NCBI GenBank assembly: GCA_043228905.1
Contig: JBHGNT010000008.1
Coordinates: forward strand, 3,224,001 to 3,288,000
Direction of reading: 5' to 3'
Length of the DNA: 64,000 nt
Source of the DNA: Azolla caroliniana
Lineage: Eukaryota > Plantae > Polypodiophyta
In this document: piece by piece, positions 51,050-64,000 of the stretch
How the letters are laid out: each line of letters starts with the position of its first letter
How positions within the stretch are numbered: the first letter of the stretch is position 1
Notes under the pieces: generated by a model
What the model saw: only the letters and a program-made list of their open reading frames with translations
Databases searched by the model: none
Told to the model about the DNA's origin: nothing
Made by a program: the position numbers and the translations under genes

Positions 51050-51160
51050 GACAGAAGAAGAAGAAGAAGAAGAAGAAGAAGAAACCCTAACCCTAACCCT
51101 AAGAATATCTATAGCGCATTCACACTGCCGGGTGGGGTGGGCTTGGAAACCCTAATTGAG
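51050..51160 (-). promoter_or_regulatory. Ribosome-biogenesis-type Pol II promoter of the snoRNA host transcript
   Basis: Telo-boxes AAACCCTA at ~51082 and ~51147, site II TGGGCT at 51138-51143, TATA-like CTATAGATAT (minus strand, ~51104-51113), and a (TTC)n leader downstream. Confidence 0.7.
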
Positions 51161-52546
51161 AAAGCGACGTGTTCACACCTGGGCAGGCTCCTGGGCATTG
51201 TGTGTGTGCTGGCTGGCCTCGCACACTTGTCATGGGCTTGTGTCTCGGATTATCCCACCTAGACTCTCGTAGGGACACCATACTAAATTATTTCGGCTGT
51301 CCGGCCTTGATTCCATTGTCCGCGTATTACACATTTGCACCCACCACATTTCACTCGGACTCGTAGGAACAAATACTTCATGATCTGGAACAGCCTCGGT
51401 TTGTCTTGTCCCACGTGTCTCCCCCCCCCCCATTCCACTCGGTCCTACGTGCACTTGCTGCGTATAATAACCCCCATTTGGTCGAGATAGGAGAGCTTCG
51501 TATACCCATGCGACTCCATCTTGCTTGCCCCGTGAATGCACTTGATTAATGAAACCCGAACTCCTCCCGATTATCCAATATACGGAGACACGTCTCGTGT
51601 CTATCATTCCTACCACTAAAAATCACTCTCCTTTGCCAAACATACTGGAACGATGACAAAGGGAAGATAGAGTAGAAAGTTTGCACTTTTTTATTACGAT
51701 GATAATAATGTTTATCTTACAAATGTGTGCAGTTTGGGGCAAGTGTTATATGGTACTTGATGGTATTAGTATCCCATTATTAAACTTTGATGACTCGTTT
51801 GTTTCTCGTATGACCAGTGATTGTTTTGAACTTACATTAGTTTTGTAGTTGTTTCACACTTGACACGTAGTTGATGACCATGTGTGCGTGCATGGGGAAC
51901 ACCCAACACATATTTATGTGATGATAGACCATAAATCAACCCCTAGACTACTTATACAAATTCTAGAACACATGTGCGATGACCGTATGTCCACATGCAT
52001 GCATCTTCACGTAGTTGTTTCCTTGTAAACCATATTTCAATACTATTGGGCATCATGGCGATGCAAATATCAACCGATTTATTTCTTTCTATTTGGAAGG
52101 GGTACATTTTCTCAAGATTCCACTTGAGGGAGTTCACACACAAATGTGAACATGTGGAACATTATCCAATATTGTTTGCATGCTCATAGCGCATCATTAC
52201 CTTGTTAAAATGGAGAATCCACGATGACCATCAAATATTTTATGTAAAGAAGTAGGTCAAAATTTTGCTTATATATTCATGCACCGGTTCTCACATCAAA
52301 ACATTTTAGCACAATAGTGACAAGCAAAAGTTGTGCCTTGACGATAACAATTTGAGACTTGAAAAAACTATAGGGTTTTACGTTGAGGGATAACTATACA
52401 CTACATGTAAGTGAATGACTTTGTTCAAACTAAAAGGTAGATAATCAAGCCCATTTATGCAACATTTTGTAATGGACTCGACTATGGAGTCGAGAGAATC
52501 AAATATATATTGACTAAATTGATGGCACAAATATATCGCGGGATAA

Positions 52547-52577
<31 letters not shown>

Positions 52578-52837
52578 ATGATGGTTCTTTGTTGAGTTTA
52601 GGGTGGAGTCAAGTGACAAGCAACTCTCCAAAAAAGGGCAAGTGTAATGCCTAAGAGTATGGATAGGTGATGTGTGTAACTTCTCGAAATGATAGGGTAG
52701 CTGATTTCAATTAGACATGGAACAACAAATCTTTGGAGTTGATATGCCTTCTGTATTTCCATGGGAAAACTAGGACATTGTAGGTTATGGATGAGAAAAT
52801 ATTGGGAAAATACATGAACTTGAACTCCACCTTAACC

Positions 52838-53267
52838 TCACAATCGGCATTGGTTTGGTTTGAGAGTGTCAAAACCGAACCGTTAAAAAATATTGGAACT
52901 TGAACTGAACCGAACCGAACCACGAAACCATTTTAACCGAATGGTTAGAAAAAAATCCAAGCCATTAAACCGTTAAAACCGTGGTTTCGGTTTCAAGTTA
53001 GGTCAAAATTCGATTTAAAAATTTTTCATTACTTCACAAATTTAAAGATATTTCCTAAAATGTGAGAATTAGGCTTAAAAATGAAAAGGTTGTTTAAAAA
53101 AAGATTAAAAACCATCAAACCTTTAAACCGCGCTTTGAAACCATTAAAATCGAACTGAACCGTTAAATGTTTTTTAAACCTGAACCGAATCGAATCGAAC
53201 CATTTAAATTGTTCAGCCATGGTTTCGCGGTTCTGCCTGGTTCAAACCGAACCATTGTTGTTTGTTA
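52838..53267. mobile_element. Older copy of the hAT-type AACCG MITE, in opposite orientation to 1407-1920
   Basis: Degenerate TIRs TCACAATCGGCATTGGTTTGG / CGAACCATTGTTGTTTGTTA; TSD CCTTAACC / CCTGAACC (7/8). Confidence 0.85.
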
Positions 53268-53489
53268 CCTGAACCTGAATCTCGACCTCCAATTTAAGAC
53301 ACTGAGACATTGTCGGTTATGGTTTTCGGCGTTGGCTTTTTGTGGATAGTAGAATGATGCAGATCGCATGTGACATTTGAAACGTGTCGTGTGCACCCTC
53401 TCCATGACCGCGATTTCCTTCCTAGGCCTCACTATTTTTTTGGTAGCAAATAGAAACATTGAACCCAAACCCTCATGCATGCATATAGA

Positions 53490-54215
53490 TACATACTCAC
53501 TCACATACATGCACAACTAGATGTACATACATACACACACACGTACATACACAACTAGATGTACATACATACATACATACACACACATACATACATACAC
53601 ATACTTACACACGTACATACATGGATATACATAAGCACGTACATACATACATACACATACTTTTTATTTTATTTTTATTTTTTAAAGAAGATATCCTGTC
53701 ATTAGTATAAACATACATACATACACATACTTACACACGTACATACATACATAACTAGATTTACATACTCACACACATACATACATAACTAGATGTACAT
53801 ATATACATACACACATACATATACATACGCACGTACATACATACATACACATACTTACACACGTACATACATACATATACATACTCACGTACATAGATAC
53901 ATAACTAGATGTACATACATATACATATGTACGTACATACATACATACACATACTTACACACGTACATACATACATATACATACTCACGTACATACTCAC
54001 ACACAAACATACATAACTAGATGTACATACATACATATACATACGCACGTACATACATACATACACATGCATACATACATAACTAGATGTACATATTCAC
54101 ACACATACATATACATACACACGTACATACATGCATACACACGCATACATACATAACTAGATGTACATACTCACACACACATACATATATATACATACAT
54201 TATACATATATACAC
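53490..54215. repeat. Compound (ACAT)n/(AC)n microsatellite with a recurring ATAACTAGATGTACAT unit
   Basis: Visible directly. Confidence 0.92.
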
Positions 54216-56399
54216 CCCCACATGGAAGAGACGAACACAGAAAAAGACATAAAGAGGAGAGGAATAGGAATAATAATATGCCTCAAACAGAAGCTATGAA
54301 AGATAGCCAAAGCCAAATTTCAAGAGTGCGAAAGTTTGAGAAGAAGAAGAAGAAGAAGAAGAAGAAGAAAGGAGCAAGGAAAAGCAGAGACATATGGAAA
54401 AACCAAACGATGAGCACGACTGCATGATCAATGAAGTGAAATGGAAATTACGATGGTGGCCATCCCTTACAAAATGGCCACACTTGGATCAAGGAAGGAT
54501 AATGGGCTCAGATCATTTAATGGGCACTCTTATCTCATGATTATGTGGGAACTAATCCAATTGCACGCATAAGTGAGTATATATCTCGACTTATCATGCA
54601 TATAATGGTATGCCATTGTGCAGGTGGATTAATGCAACTACAATCACAATGTGTCATGATCAATATGTAATTCAAAGTTCGACTTTTTGAAGACTCTAGT
54701 TTCATATGCATAATGAGTCTCGGTCATTCAAAGGGCTTGTTTTATGGTTGCTATTATTATTGTTAATCTTCCTCGACCTCGGACCTCTATGGTGTAGAAA
54801 GAAAGAAAGAAATATTAACGTCTTCTAAGACCAAAATTGGCCATGGTAAAGATGGAGCTTTGATTGAGCAGAGAAACCATGGTTACTATAAACTCGTCTC
54901 GCCTCCTCGACTTCCTACATCCGAGGCATTTCCTGATCATAAATGTAAGCAAATCATGCTTCAATAGTCAGTCACACACATTCTCTCCCTTCCAAGGAAA
55001 TTTATTATAGGTAATGCAATTATTGGATTACTTCTCATGTTTTAGCATGCCCCAAAGCTATTTTGGAAGATGTCCCTAAAATTATAGTAATTCCTTCGAT
55101 TTGTCTTGATCTTAAACTTCAATATATTGGTTCATTTGATCGAGGAATAAAATTGAAAAGGGTGGGTATTGTTTTAAATCCTTACTCATTGGGACTAATC
55201 ATCTTTTAATCGAGATAGGGACCAAGCTAAAGTTTAAAATGGAAAAGAGATTCATTGAAACTATGGTGCATGTTAGGCTAATTTTGGTTGATATAATCAA
55301 CAATTTGAAGAAGTTGAAAACCATGGATTATTTTTTGTCTTTCAATTTTACTCAATATTGAGTTCCACAAACCCAATTGCTCAAAAGGAGAGTGATTCTC
55401 TTCTGGAAATTGGATATGAAACCAACAATCTAAATGTACAACAACTAGAGATGATTCATGAGCCATGTGAACGATAGTGCGTTATTGTAGAGGAAGAGGG
55501 ACCCATTGGTCATTATAGTAGGAAAACTTCCCCTTCACCACTCGAACAACTTATGTTAACAAAGATGTTCATGCTTGTGATGCCCCCAATGAGCTTGAAC
55601 CTATGACACAAAGGTCACAAACCACAAGCTTTACAATGAGACCATCATTTGGATGCCACTAAAATAGTTAACAAGAAGATAGCACCGTTATAAAGATATT
55701 GGTTATTGCATAGACTGATTGTGTACCACCATTAATATACATTGGAATAAGCAATATTGATTGGACCTTGAGCTTGTCCCTATGTTTAAGCCTTGATACT
55801 TGGCTGGCCAAAGATGGACATTGGAGAAAGTCTAGGAGCTTCTTGAAACCTTTTGTGTCACATGATTTATTATGGTGATTATATTTTTTTCTTCTTCTAG
55901 AAAGCAAGGTAGACCTTAGTTGACAGCATTAAAAGACTCGAGCACAAATTAAGGGGTTGATAAAAGAACCATAATAGCCTATCCATCCATCACCATGTAT
56001 AGTTTTTTCTCAAAGAAACAATGTGGATAAACTTCAATAATTTGTCGTGTCAATTAACATTCACCACTTTGTTTCTTGGAGCAATCTAACATTTGAAAGT
56101 TGTTGTCATTCAAGAAGAAAAGTAGTTAAAGTTGGATCTTTCTCTCTCTCTCTCTCTCATGTTTTATTTAGAAAATGCCTTTTAACTTGTCATTAGCACT
56201 CACATAATTTCCAAATCCTTCTTTGTGCTCAATCCAAATCTCGAATTCATCATTCATATTTGGACTATGCTATTTTCTACAATTGTTAGACTTGTCAATG
56301 TCGTTTGAGGAATCCATTGTCTAATGTTTGGAAGAGATTAGTATATTACACAATGTAGAAACAAATACATTTGTCCTCATCTAAGAGGAAAGAGGGCTT

Positions 56400-57683
56400 G
56401 AACACTTTCTAGTTGTAAGTAATGAGTATATATTGTATGTTTTTCTACCCAAAACCATATCTTTCATGAAATGCAAGCATTTGTGCAGAATAAGGGAGCT
56501 TGTAGAATGAAAGAATATATGAGTTAACTTCTTGGCTGATAATCTTGATAAGAGTGGACATGTAAATGCAGTAATAACATGTGCAAATGGTGCCTTGGAA
56601 TCTAAACATGTAAAATATTGTGTAAATAAGGTTTTCTATTTATGCTCCATGGAGGATTGAAAAAATTACTGTATAGCTAGAAGAGTTCAAATGAACATGG
56701 AGAGCATATAATGTAGTTCTAAACATGCAAGTATCTACGTGATTTATTGAGCTTAAGTATCTCATTTTTGTAGAATCTTGCTGCCTAAGAAGAAGGTCGT
56801 TAATTCAACAAAAACCAACTAAAATATTTGAACAAGAGACATTGATATCTCTGTTAGGCAAAAATGGCATATGAGACCCATCAAGAGTTAACATTTTAAA
56901 ATATTTTCTCACCTAAAATAACAGTAAGAAAGATGAGTAAATTTTCCTTGCCAATTGAATCATTTGACTAGAAGTATGAACACTCTTAAACGTAAAATGA
57001 ATGATGAGAGAAATGATTGATTGGCATGTACAAAAAGTATCTCAATAGACCTTGGCTTCTTGCGAATGGAAATCCATCGTGGTATCCTATGCCGAGATTT
57101 GGGTTATAGCAAATGATTCTGCTACTTGGAAACAAGAAAACAACATTAAAACCAACTTCCCCAACTTTTCATTGGAAGAGTGAAAATATGTTACGGGCAT
57201 AACCATAACTTATCCCATTGGTAGTTTGTACCATCATTTTCTATACATGAGGATAAGAGTATGAGGTTTAATTGAGAGTGTAAAGCATGGAGGATTACTT
57301 TTGATCTTAGGTATTGAGACAATCCTTAGAGGCCAAGTGTAAACTTGCTTGGGGGCCTTAGGTTTGGCTATAAATACGAGGCCTAACTATCCTTATTTGA
57401 CACATTATTTGACTACATTGAGACTGTGATATTGTAGTGATCGAACTCTTGTGGCGAGCTCATGCTAGTACTAGGTACAACTCGATGCCAAATTGGTGGT
57501 ATGGGATGTCGTTCACAGCGTGGGGTTGGTTTCGATCCCTTCGCTCGAGGGGGACCAATGGATCAACACCCTTTATCTCTTTGTCTCTTTATTATCTGAT
57601 CTATTCCTTATTTATATGCTTACATTTGATTAAATCTCTAACACTATTGGAGCTAATGGTTTTGCTCGTATATAATTCGCAAG
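56400..57683 (+). mobile_element. Decayed chromovirus-type gypsy 3' end (integrase/chromodomain remnant) plus 3' LTR from ~57189
   Basis: DSATW(E)QENNIKTNFPNF chromodomain-like tail at ~57115-57170; purine tract followed by TGTTACGGGC; CTATAAATA box at ~57368. Confidence 0.55.
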
Positions 57684-58079
57684 ATCACCTGAAGGATTTT
57701 AGACAAGTATGTATTGGAAACCACATTTCATGTGTGATTGAAATTAACATAGTCTATGGTGATCCCAATATTTCCTTTTCTTCCATTGTTTCTATGGTTA
57801 AAATAAAGAAAGATATATTAATGTCTTTCTTTTTAAGAGGCCAAAATGGCCTATGAGACCAGACCAAACAAGCGTTTTACATCTTAAAAGGTTGTATTGT
57901 CTTTGGGAACAACAAACTAATATAATATAAGTAAATAAAAAATAGAAGTGACTAAAGATTCTCGCTATGTACATATATAAATTTCTTATGTAAGATAGAT
58001 TGTTTTTTTGTCTCCAAAAGAAGTCTAGCATAGGTTGATCTAGAAGGAGAGATCTCAAAAGTGAGAGAAGCACTAGCTA

Positions 58080-60600
58080 TGGTGGGAAATAATGGCCTTT
58101 ATATGTTGATGACAAAGGTGACCAGATCATGGTCCATGAGTATGGGGCCTATGCATGTCAAATTGCCCAATCTATTTTAATCCATTTGCAATATTATGGT
58201 TGAGAGGTAACTTGTGTAATCCATGATTTACTTGTAGCACGAGTAGGAGTGATGGACCAAAGAAAGTAGCAATCGTTCTTTGTTGATGAGCTTATGTTTT
58301 ATTGTTGTCCTTCAACAATTTCTTCCTATGCCTCTTGAGTTATAGCAAGAACAACCTCAAGACACTGTGAGTTGTCATATATCCATTATCTCATGTAGTG
58401 GGACAGAACTTCGGTTAAAGAGACCATGGTATCGCCCTCTTATTTCACAAAAGCAATGGATGACAAACAAGGTGTTCTTCAGATTACACTCCATGACGAC
58501 ACAAACAACAAATTCTTTCTTCAAAAGTGTGCATGCATATCTCCCTACCTCCATCTCTAACTAACGTGAAGAGGTCCACAACTAATAGGGTAGATGTTTT
58601 CTCATATAAGAGGGCTTGATGATGAATCCATCTTCCGATGTGTGAATAATAGTGGGCCATCGTCCTACCAAGAGATGTTATTGGGCCAATCCATGTTCTT
58701 TGAGTGTCCAATTTGATAGTATCAATTTGGATCATTCTAATTTTTCCGCTTTGATCATGTTTCGTTGGAGACAATCAAAGTTATATTGGAAAGGGGATAG
58801 TGCATTTATGCTTATGCCATGGGACTCGAACCATTGTTGCGTTTTACCATACTGACAATGATTATATCCGTGTTCAGCCGAGTTATTGCGATGACATAAG
58901 TGGCAGCCTTGAGTACCTTCATTTAGGCAGATCCCAAGTTGGGATACCAATCACTGATTGGAAAAATGCCTCAAAGAAGGTGATAGATAGGTTAGGATGA
59001 TCTCTCAAATACATGGTTAAGAAGGAGGTCTGAACATTGGTACTCCATAAAGAAGAGCTGTGTTGATAATGCCAAGTATCATAGAGCATATGATGGCATG
59101 AAGATTGCTTTTACTCTTAGGCTATGTGTGAAGGGATGGATGCAACTTTGGAAACAGGGAATCTCTCTCATGGCACCACAGATTTCAGCCTCTTGCTGGC
59201 ATGTGGTTAATACAGATAGAATTTTTGAGACTGCATATGCTTTGATTTGTTGAGTGGCATCCTATTAGCAAAAAAGGATGTCAATAAATCCCTATAAAGT
59301 AAGGTTTTGGTGTCTTCTCATGAGATGCCCAAGATTCCTTTCAGTCTTAGTTGAGGATGATAGCACATCTTCTCAGAAGGAAATACAGTTTACCACGTCA
59401 TGACATATTTATCTGGAAGCAATTGGAGGGCATCCAACTTTTACACCCTCTGCTTCCACATATAAATTGGGGCACACCACTTAGAAGACCTATGCCCATC
59501 TCAAATGGTCCTTTGCAGTTAGCCTCATGACAAATATAGGCTTTGGTCAGAGAATGTCTCACCCTATTTTCATTATGGGGTTGTGCCTTTCATCTCACAT
59601 CATGCTTAATGGAGGAGTTACTTTTTCTATCTGCTTATCTTGATCAGTGAGACAATGATGGAGCATTAACTGGCTAGTGATGGTCAGTTGGTTGGTTTCG
59701 CCTTTATGTTGAGATGATTCATTTATGTTCTTTTATTCCCGGAAGGAATATTTTCAAGAAAGCTATGATGGTTTGGCATGTATGCATCATAGCTCATTAA
59801 GTGGATATTTTGGAAAAATAACAGATAAATTCATGCATTGAAATCTTGGCATGGTCTATATAACAGTTTTACATACATATAATCTCCATGATCTCAAAAG
59901 TGGCCCAATTCAATGATCGCATTCCGTTGTATCCTTGAGTTCTTTGGAAGAAAATAGGATATACATTTCATGACTTGGGTGGCTTGGAATCATGTATTCA
60001 CGCCTAAGTTGATGGGGTGGTTTTCCTGTTTTGGGAAGAGGATAAACATATTGGTACAAGACACTTTCTACTCTTGCAAGCTATGTACCACAATCTCACA
60101 TGGATGAAAATCATAGATTTTTTTGTATTGGAAAAGAATGGATCTGACATCAAGGAATTACCATTTGTGAGTCTTGGTGGCATGTGCATAAACAATGAAC
60201 CAGTCATGATTTCCGCATCTGTCACGGCACACCAAATGGTCACTTTGCTGTAGCATATGTTGCACTTTGTCAAATTGTCATGATATGGTAAATTGAATGA
60301 AAAATAATCTCTTACAACCAAAGGTTTTGGTAGTGTTGCGCCTGTTTCGTCAGGATGCTCTTAAGAATCAGTTTTATTATCATGCCCCATCAGGACTTTA
60401 GTTCAGTTAAGGATGCATTTCTTTCCTCTTAGAGGAAGTTGACGTCATTTTGTCCAATCTGGAACCATTATCATGTTCCCAAGATTTTGGCCCTTATTTG
60501 GAGAGAGTTGGTTTGAGGCAATTGATTCCGAGTGGCATCCTAGGGCTTATCCATGTACTCTCAACACACCTAGGTAATATATTATGAGCCATCCTCAATA
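58080..60600 (-). mobile_element. Decayed Ty3/gypsy pol remnant
   Basis: Stop-riddled segments weakly resembling gypsy RT/RNase H (GKI..W, G...AHYYSH akin to ADYLSR) and the integrase zinc-finger region. Confidence 0.45.
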
Positions 60601-60734
60601 CAGAAAAAAATCAGGCAATATTGATGTAGTAAAGGATAATGAGAAGGGAGAAACACAAGAAAACTCTCGGTAAGAAAAAGGAGGAAGTGGGAAATGTTGA
60701 AATTGGGTTCGGTATGCAAAACAAACCTCTTGAG

Positions 60735-61115
60735 CTAAAAGAATTTCATAATGTGAAGGTAAACTTGAGCAAGAATAAGAGGGCCAACTGAAAACAGCTA
60801 CAACTTGATATTCTCCTCTGTAGACGCTATCTCAGAACATCAATTGATTCAAGTTTTTTATATAGACTCTATAGAACTTGAATTGATTAATGTTTTTAAT
60901 ATTACCTCTATAGACTCTATCTCAGAGCTTGAATTGATTCAAGGTTTTATATTCTCCTCTATAGACTCTATCTCAAAACTTGAATATATTCAAGTTTTTG
61001 AATTTCATAATGTGAAGGTAAGCTTGAGCAAGAATAAGAGAGCCAACTCAGAACAGCTATAACTTGATGTTCTCCTTCATAGACTCTATCTCAGAACTTG
61101 GAGTGATTCAAGTTT
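60735..61115. repeat. Nested tandem repeats: ~50-bp units inside a ~260-bp duplication
   Basis: TCTCCTCTATAGACTCTATCTCAGA.CTTGAATTGATTCAAG about 5 times; GAATTTCATAATGTGAAGGTAA.CTTGAGCAAGAATAAGAG twice. Confidence 0.85.
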
Positions 61116-62899
61116 TCGAAAACAACTAGCGTGAAAGGGTGCAAGAAAACACAAATACAGAATGAACAATTGATGTTGACATATAGCCAGAAAGAAAAGC
61201 TAGAAAGTTTTGATAGATGAAGCTTTATTAGCAAAGATTTTGAAGCTGATATGCAACTTTGAAGAATGGTTTTTGACATCTCCACCATCTATATATGAAG
61301 CCAATATGTAGCTTTGAAACATGGATTTTGAGCCCTGTATTTCTAGCCCAAAGCCATTGGTATATAATGCACCAACCTTACACATTCTATGGACAGATAT
61401 TGAATATCTCAATATATACTAAATAATGAATTGGAAAGTGATGTAGCGTAAAGTTTATTTTGGTAATCATGATCATAAACCACCAAAAGGACCTGTATTC
61501 TCCATGTAGCCCAACCTCCATTTGGATCAAAAAATTAAATGAGAGAGGATGCACTTTGAATTGTGAAATTTCAATCTTATTCCTGAGTTTCCCAGCTGAG
61601 TTTTTTGTACTTGTTATCATTATCCAGTGAAACATTTTGATTCCATTAGATCTGAAATTTAACGTTACTGGAATCTAGACAAATTTTCACCTTGTTTTAT
61701 CTCAGAGACCTCAAAGATGTTACCTAGCCAGATGCTTATTTAATATCCATATATAAGAAGATTGAGGCTTATCTATATGCGTGAATGTGTCTAATGTTGC
61801 AAAACTTGGGTTTCATTCTGTAAATTGTAACCTTTTTCCTGACTTTCCCTTTAATGTTTGAAAAACAATTCAGATTTAATGAGTAAAAAGCATGGAAGGG
61901 TGGTGGTAAACATAATAAAATTTGATTATGTGAAGCAAACATAAATAGTTAGATACATACGCATGGCATTTCAATTGTGGATAATCAGAACATTTCCATA
62001 GAAAAAAGGTGATAAATATAAATGTAAATGTATGGCTCCGTGAAATAAAAAGAGAGTTTGCTATATACTAATTGAAAAAATTCCAAAAACCATACTAAAG
62101 AGAGAATGATACATGCCCAAAGAAAATATAGTTGAAATAATTTCATCGATGTTTTGCACTTCCAAAAGGAAATTTGGGTTGTGTAGGAGTTTAGGTGCTC
62201 TGTTATCGTTAAAAAACAATCTTAAACCTATCATGGTACTTGTACTAAAGTTGAGGATTCATGATGCTATTTAGGTGAAAGGAGGACTTGGAATGACAGC
62301 ATCTCATTGGGCGGGTTGCATTTTTTGAATCGATGGGCTTTGGTGAACCATGTACCAGATTGAAAAAGCATTATAAATACACCATCTTGTAAGTGTATTT
62401 TTCAGCTAAATTAAAGTCTCATCATTTAAAAACTTTAGTAACTAGTAACTAATTAGATTATCAGATCATGTGATGGTTGCATAGAAAACAATGTTGCATC
62501 CCCATTGAGAATGAAGAAATACGTCTAAAGAGCAAATAGCACGTTCCTTTTGGTATTGTAGGCAAATTTTTATTTGTGAACACGTGGTCATCAAACAGCT
62601 AGTTGCATTTAGTACACTACACGATATGGAAAGGATATACAATGCAAATTATGGGTCGGCTGTTGTCAAGATTGAGCATCTTCGATTAGATGTAGTGTCA
62701 AACGAGTGATTACAAATTCCTCTGCTTTTAATGAACCACATAAAGCCTCATTTCATCTGGGTCTAGACAAAAATGCAAAAGAAATAATGCTATATTAATG
62801 ATATCCTATGTTCAGCAATTCCCCAAGGTAATCCTTGTTTTGTGAGAATTTTGGATCTTGGATAGTCAAAATTCCTAACTATTCTCTGATGTTCAAGTT

Positions 62900-64000
62900 G
62901 GCATTCTCATAGATTGTGGCATCAGGCTATTTACTTAGGTGCAGCAACATAGGAACCCACCTTGTATTTAACTGAGGTTAGTGTGAGAGGCATGAATTAT
63001 AAGGACATCAATTATGCATACAATGCTAACCAGGGCTAGGTAGGCGATTTCTTCTTGAAGAGCTGTCTCTATATGATTTCACAATATTTACCTCTTCCAT
63101 AGAAGGTGCTATGCTCATGTGAAATGTTAATGTTGAGAAGCTATCCAAAGTACTAGATGCAAATAAGCTATTACAAAGATCAGAAACTAAAGCATTTGAG
63201 AAACAAAAAAGACAAAGAATGAGAGCTGTTTTTTTTTTCTGATTCGTCAAAAAACTGACTGTGTAATCAAGGCAATCAAGGCATACCTTGTGCAGCCAAT
63301 GTATTTCATGCATTCCCATCTGTATATATATGTATCTATTCAGCCACCTTCATACCATCTCTTAATTGGGCACGAGCTGAAACAATCCCACGTTAAAGGG
63401 TGTCTTTCCCCCCTTTTGTCTAGTTTCATTTTTTGGGTAGGACGAACATATGTGAATTAGGGGAAATCTTGCAGATCCATCGTATTTGCCTTTCTCAAAA
63501 TCCCACATTCATGCATGTTATCCAACTTTCCTGAATCATCAGAGCATTTCCCCCATGGATCAAAAAGTTAGTTGGCAAGCCTATTGAAATAGCAGCTTAA
63601 ATATATAGCCATTGATGATACATACTATATGTGACATCTTCCACAAATATATGTCAAAAACCAAGCTTCCAACGAATATTAATCTCCTTAATTGGCTAGG
63701 ATTTGTAGGTGTCGGTTTTCTATACAAAGAAGTTATAGCGTGATTGCTAACATATCATTTTTGAAACGATCATTTTAGACATTTCAGTTTTTCGTTTGTT
63801 TAATCTCAGGTAGAAATAGTGTCCATCAGCTATTCAGGGAGCATCTCACTTGACCCATCATTTAAAGAGGCATGAGATTGAGAAAATTCAAAAGATGTTT
63901 TTAAGGAGGCAATTAGGAGTTAAATGCACTACCTCTTACCAGGTTATGCTCTTGGAAACAGGTGTCCGGCCCATAGAAATATTGGCACTTCAAAGAGTAT
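62900..64000 (-). mobile_element. Possible decayed LINE RT
   Basis: Minus-strand WDFEKGKYD at ~63480-63510 resembles LDFEKAYD; otherwise little signal. Confidence 0.3.

Noticed and set aside
53793-54427. ORFs of 70-88 aa
   Set aside because: Microsatellite-derived
63026-63319. 97-aa minus-strand ORF as a gene exon
   Set aside because: No recognisable motif, and it lies in sequence resembling a decayed LINE

Overview
A repeat-rich land-plant nuclear genomic window; a seed-free plant such as a fern is only a guess. It holds four apparently intact protein-coding genes: a two-exon CDF-type Dof transcription factor (-), a five-exon type III/SUT4-like sucrose transporter (-), a repeat-expanded DUF688-motif protein (-) and an intronless PP2C51-like phosphatase (+) whose signal-peptide-like N-terminus is encoded by (ACCCTA)6. 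The feature the ORF track misses entirely is a minus-strand polycistronic snoRNA locus at about 49.7-51.2 kb. It has a telo-box/site-II/TATA-like promoter, a likely non-coding first exon, three box C/D snoRNAs with guides matching conserved 18S/25S rRNA segments, and then a run of ACA-terminated hairpins. The rest is transposon-derived: a 5'-truncated L1-clade LINE with 13-bp TSDs, hAT and Mutator MITEs with TSDs, solo LTRs, decayed copia/gypsy/LINE fragments, and micro- and minisatellites. All calls were made by eye and no searches were run.
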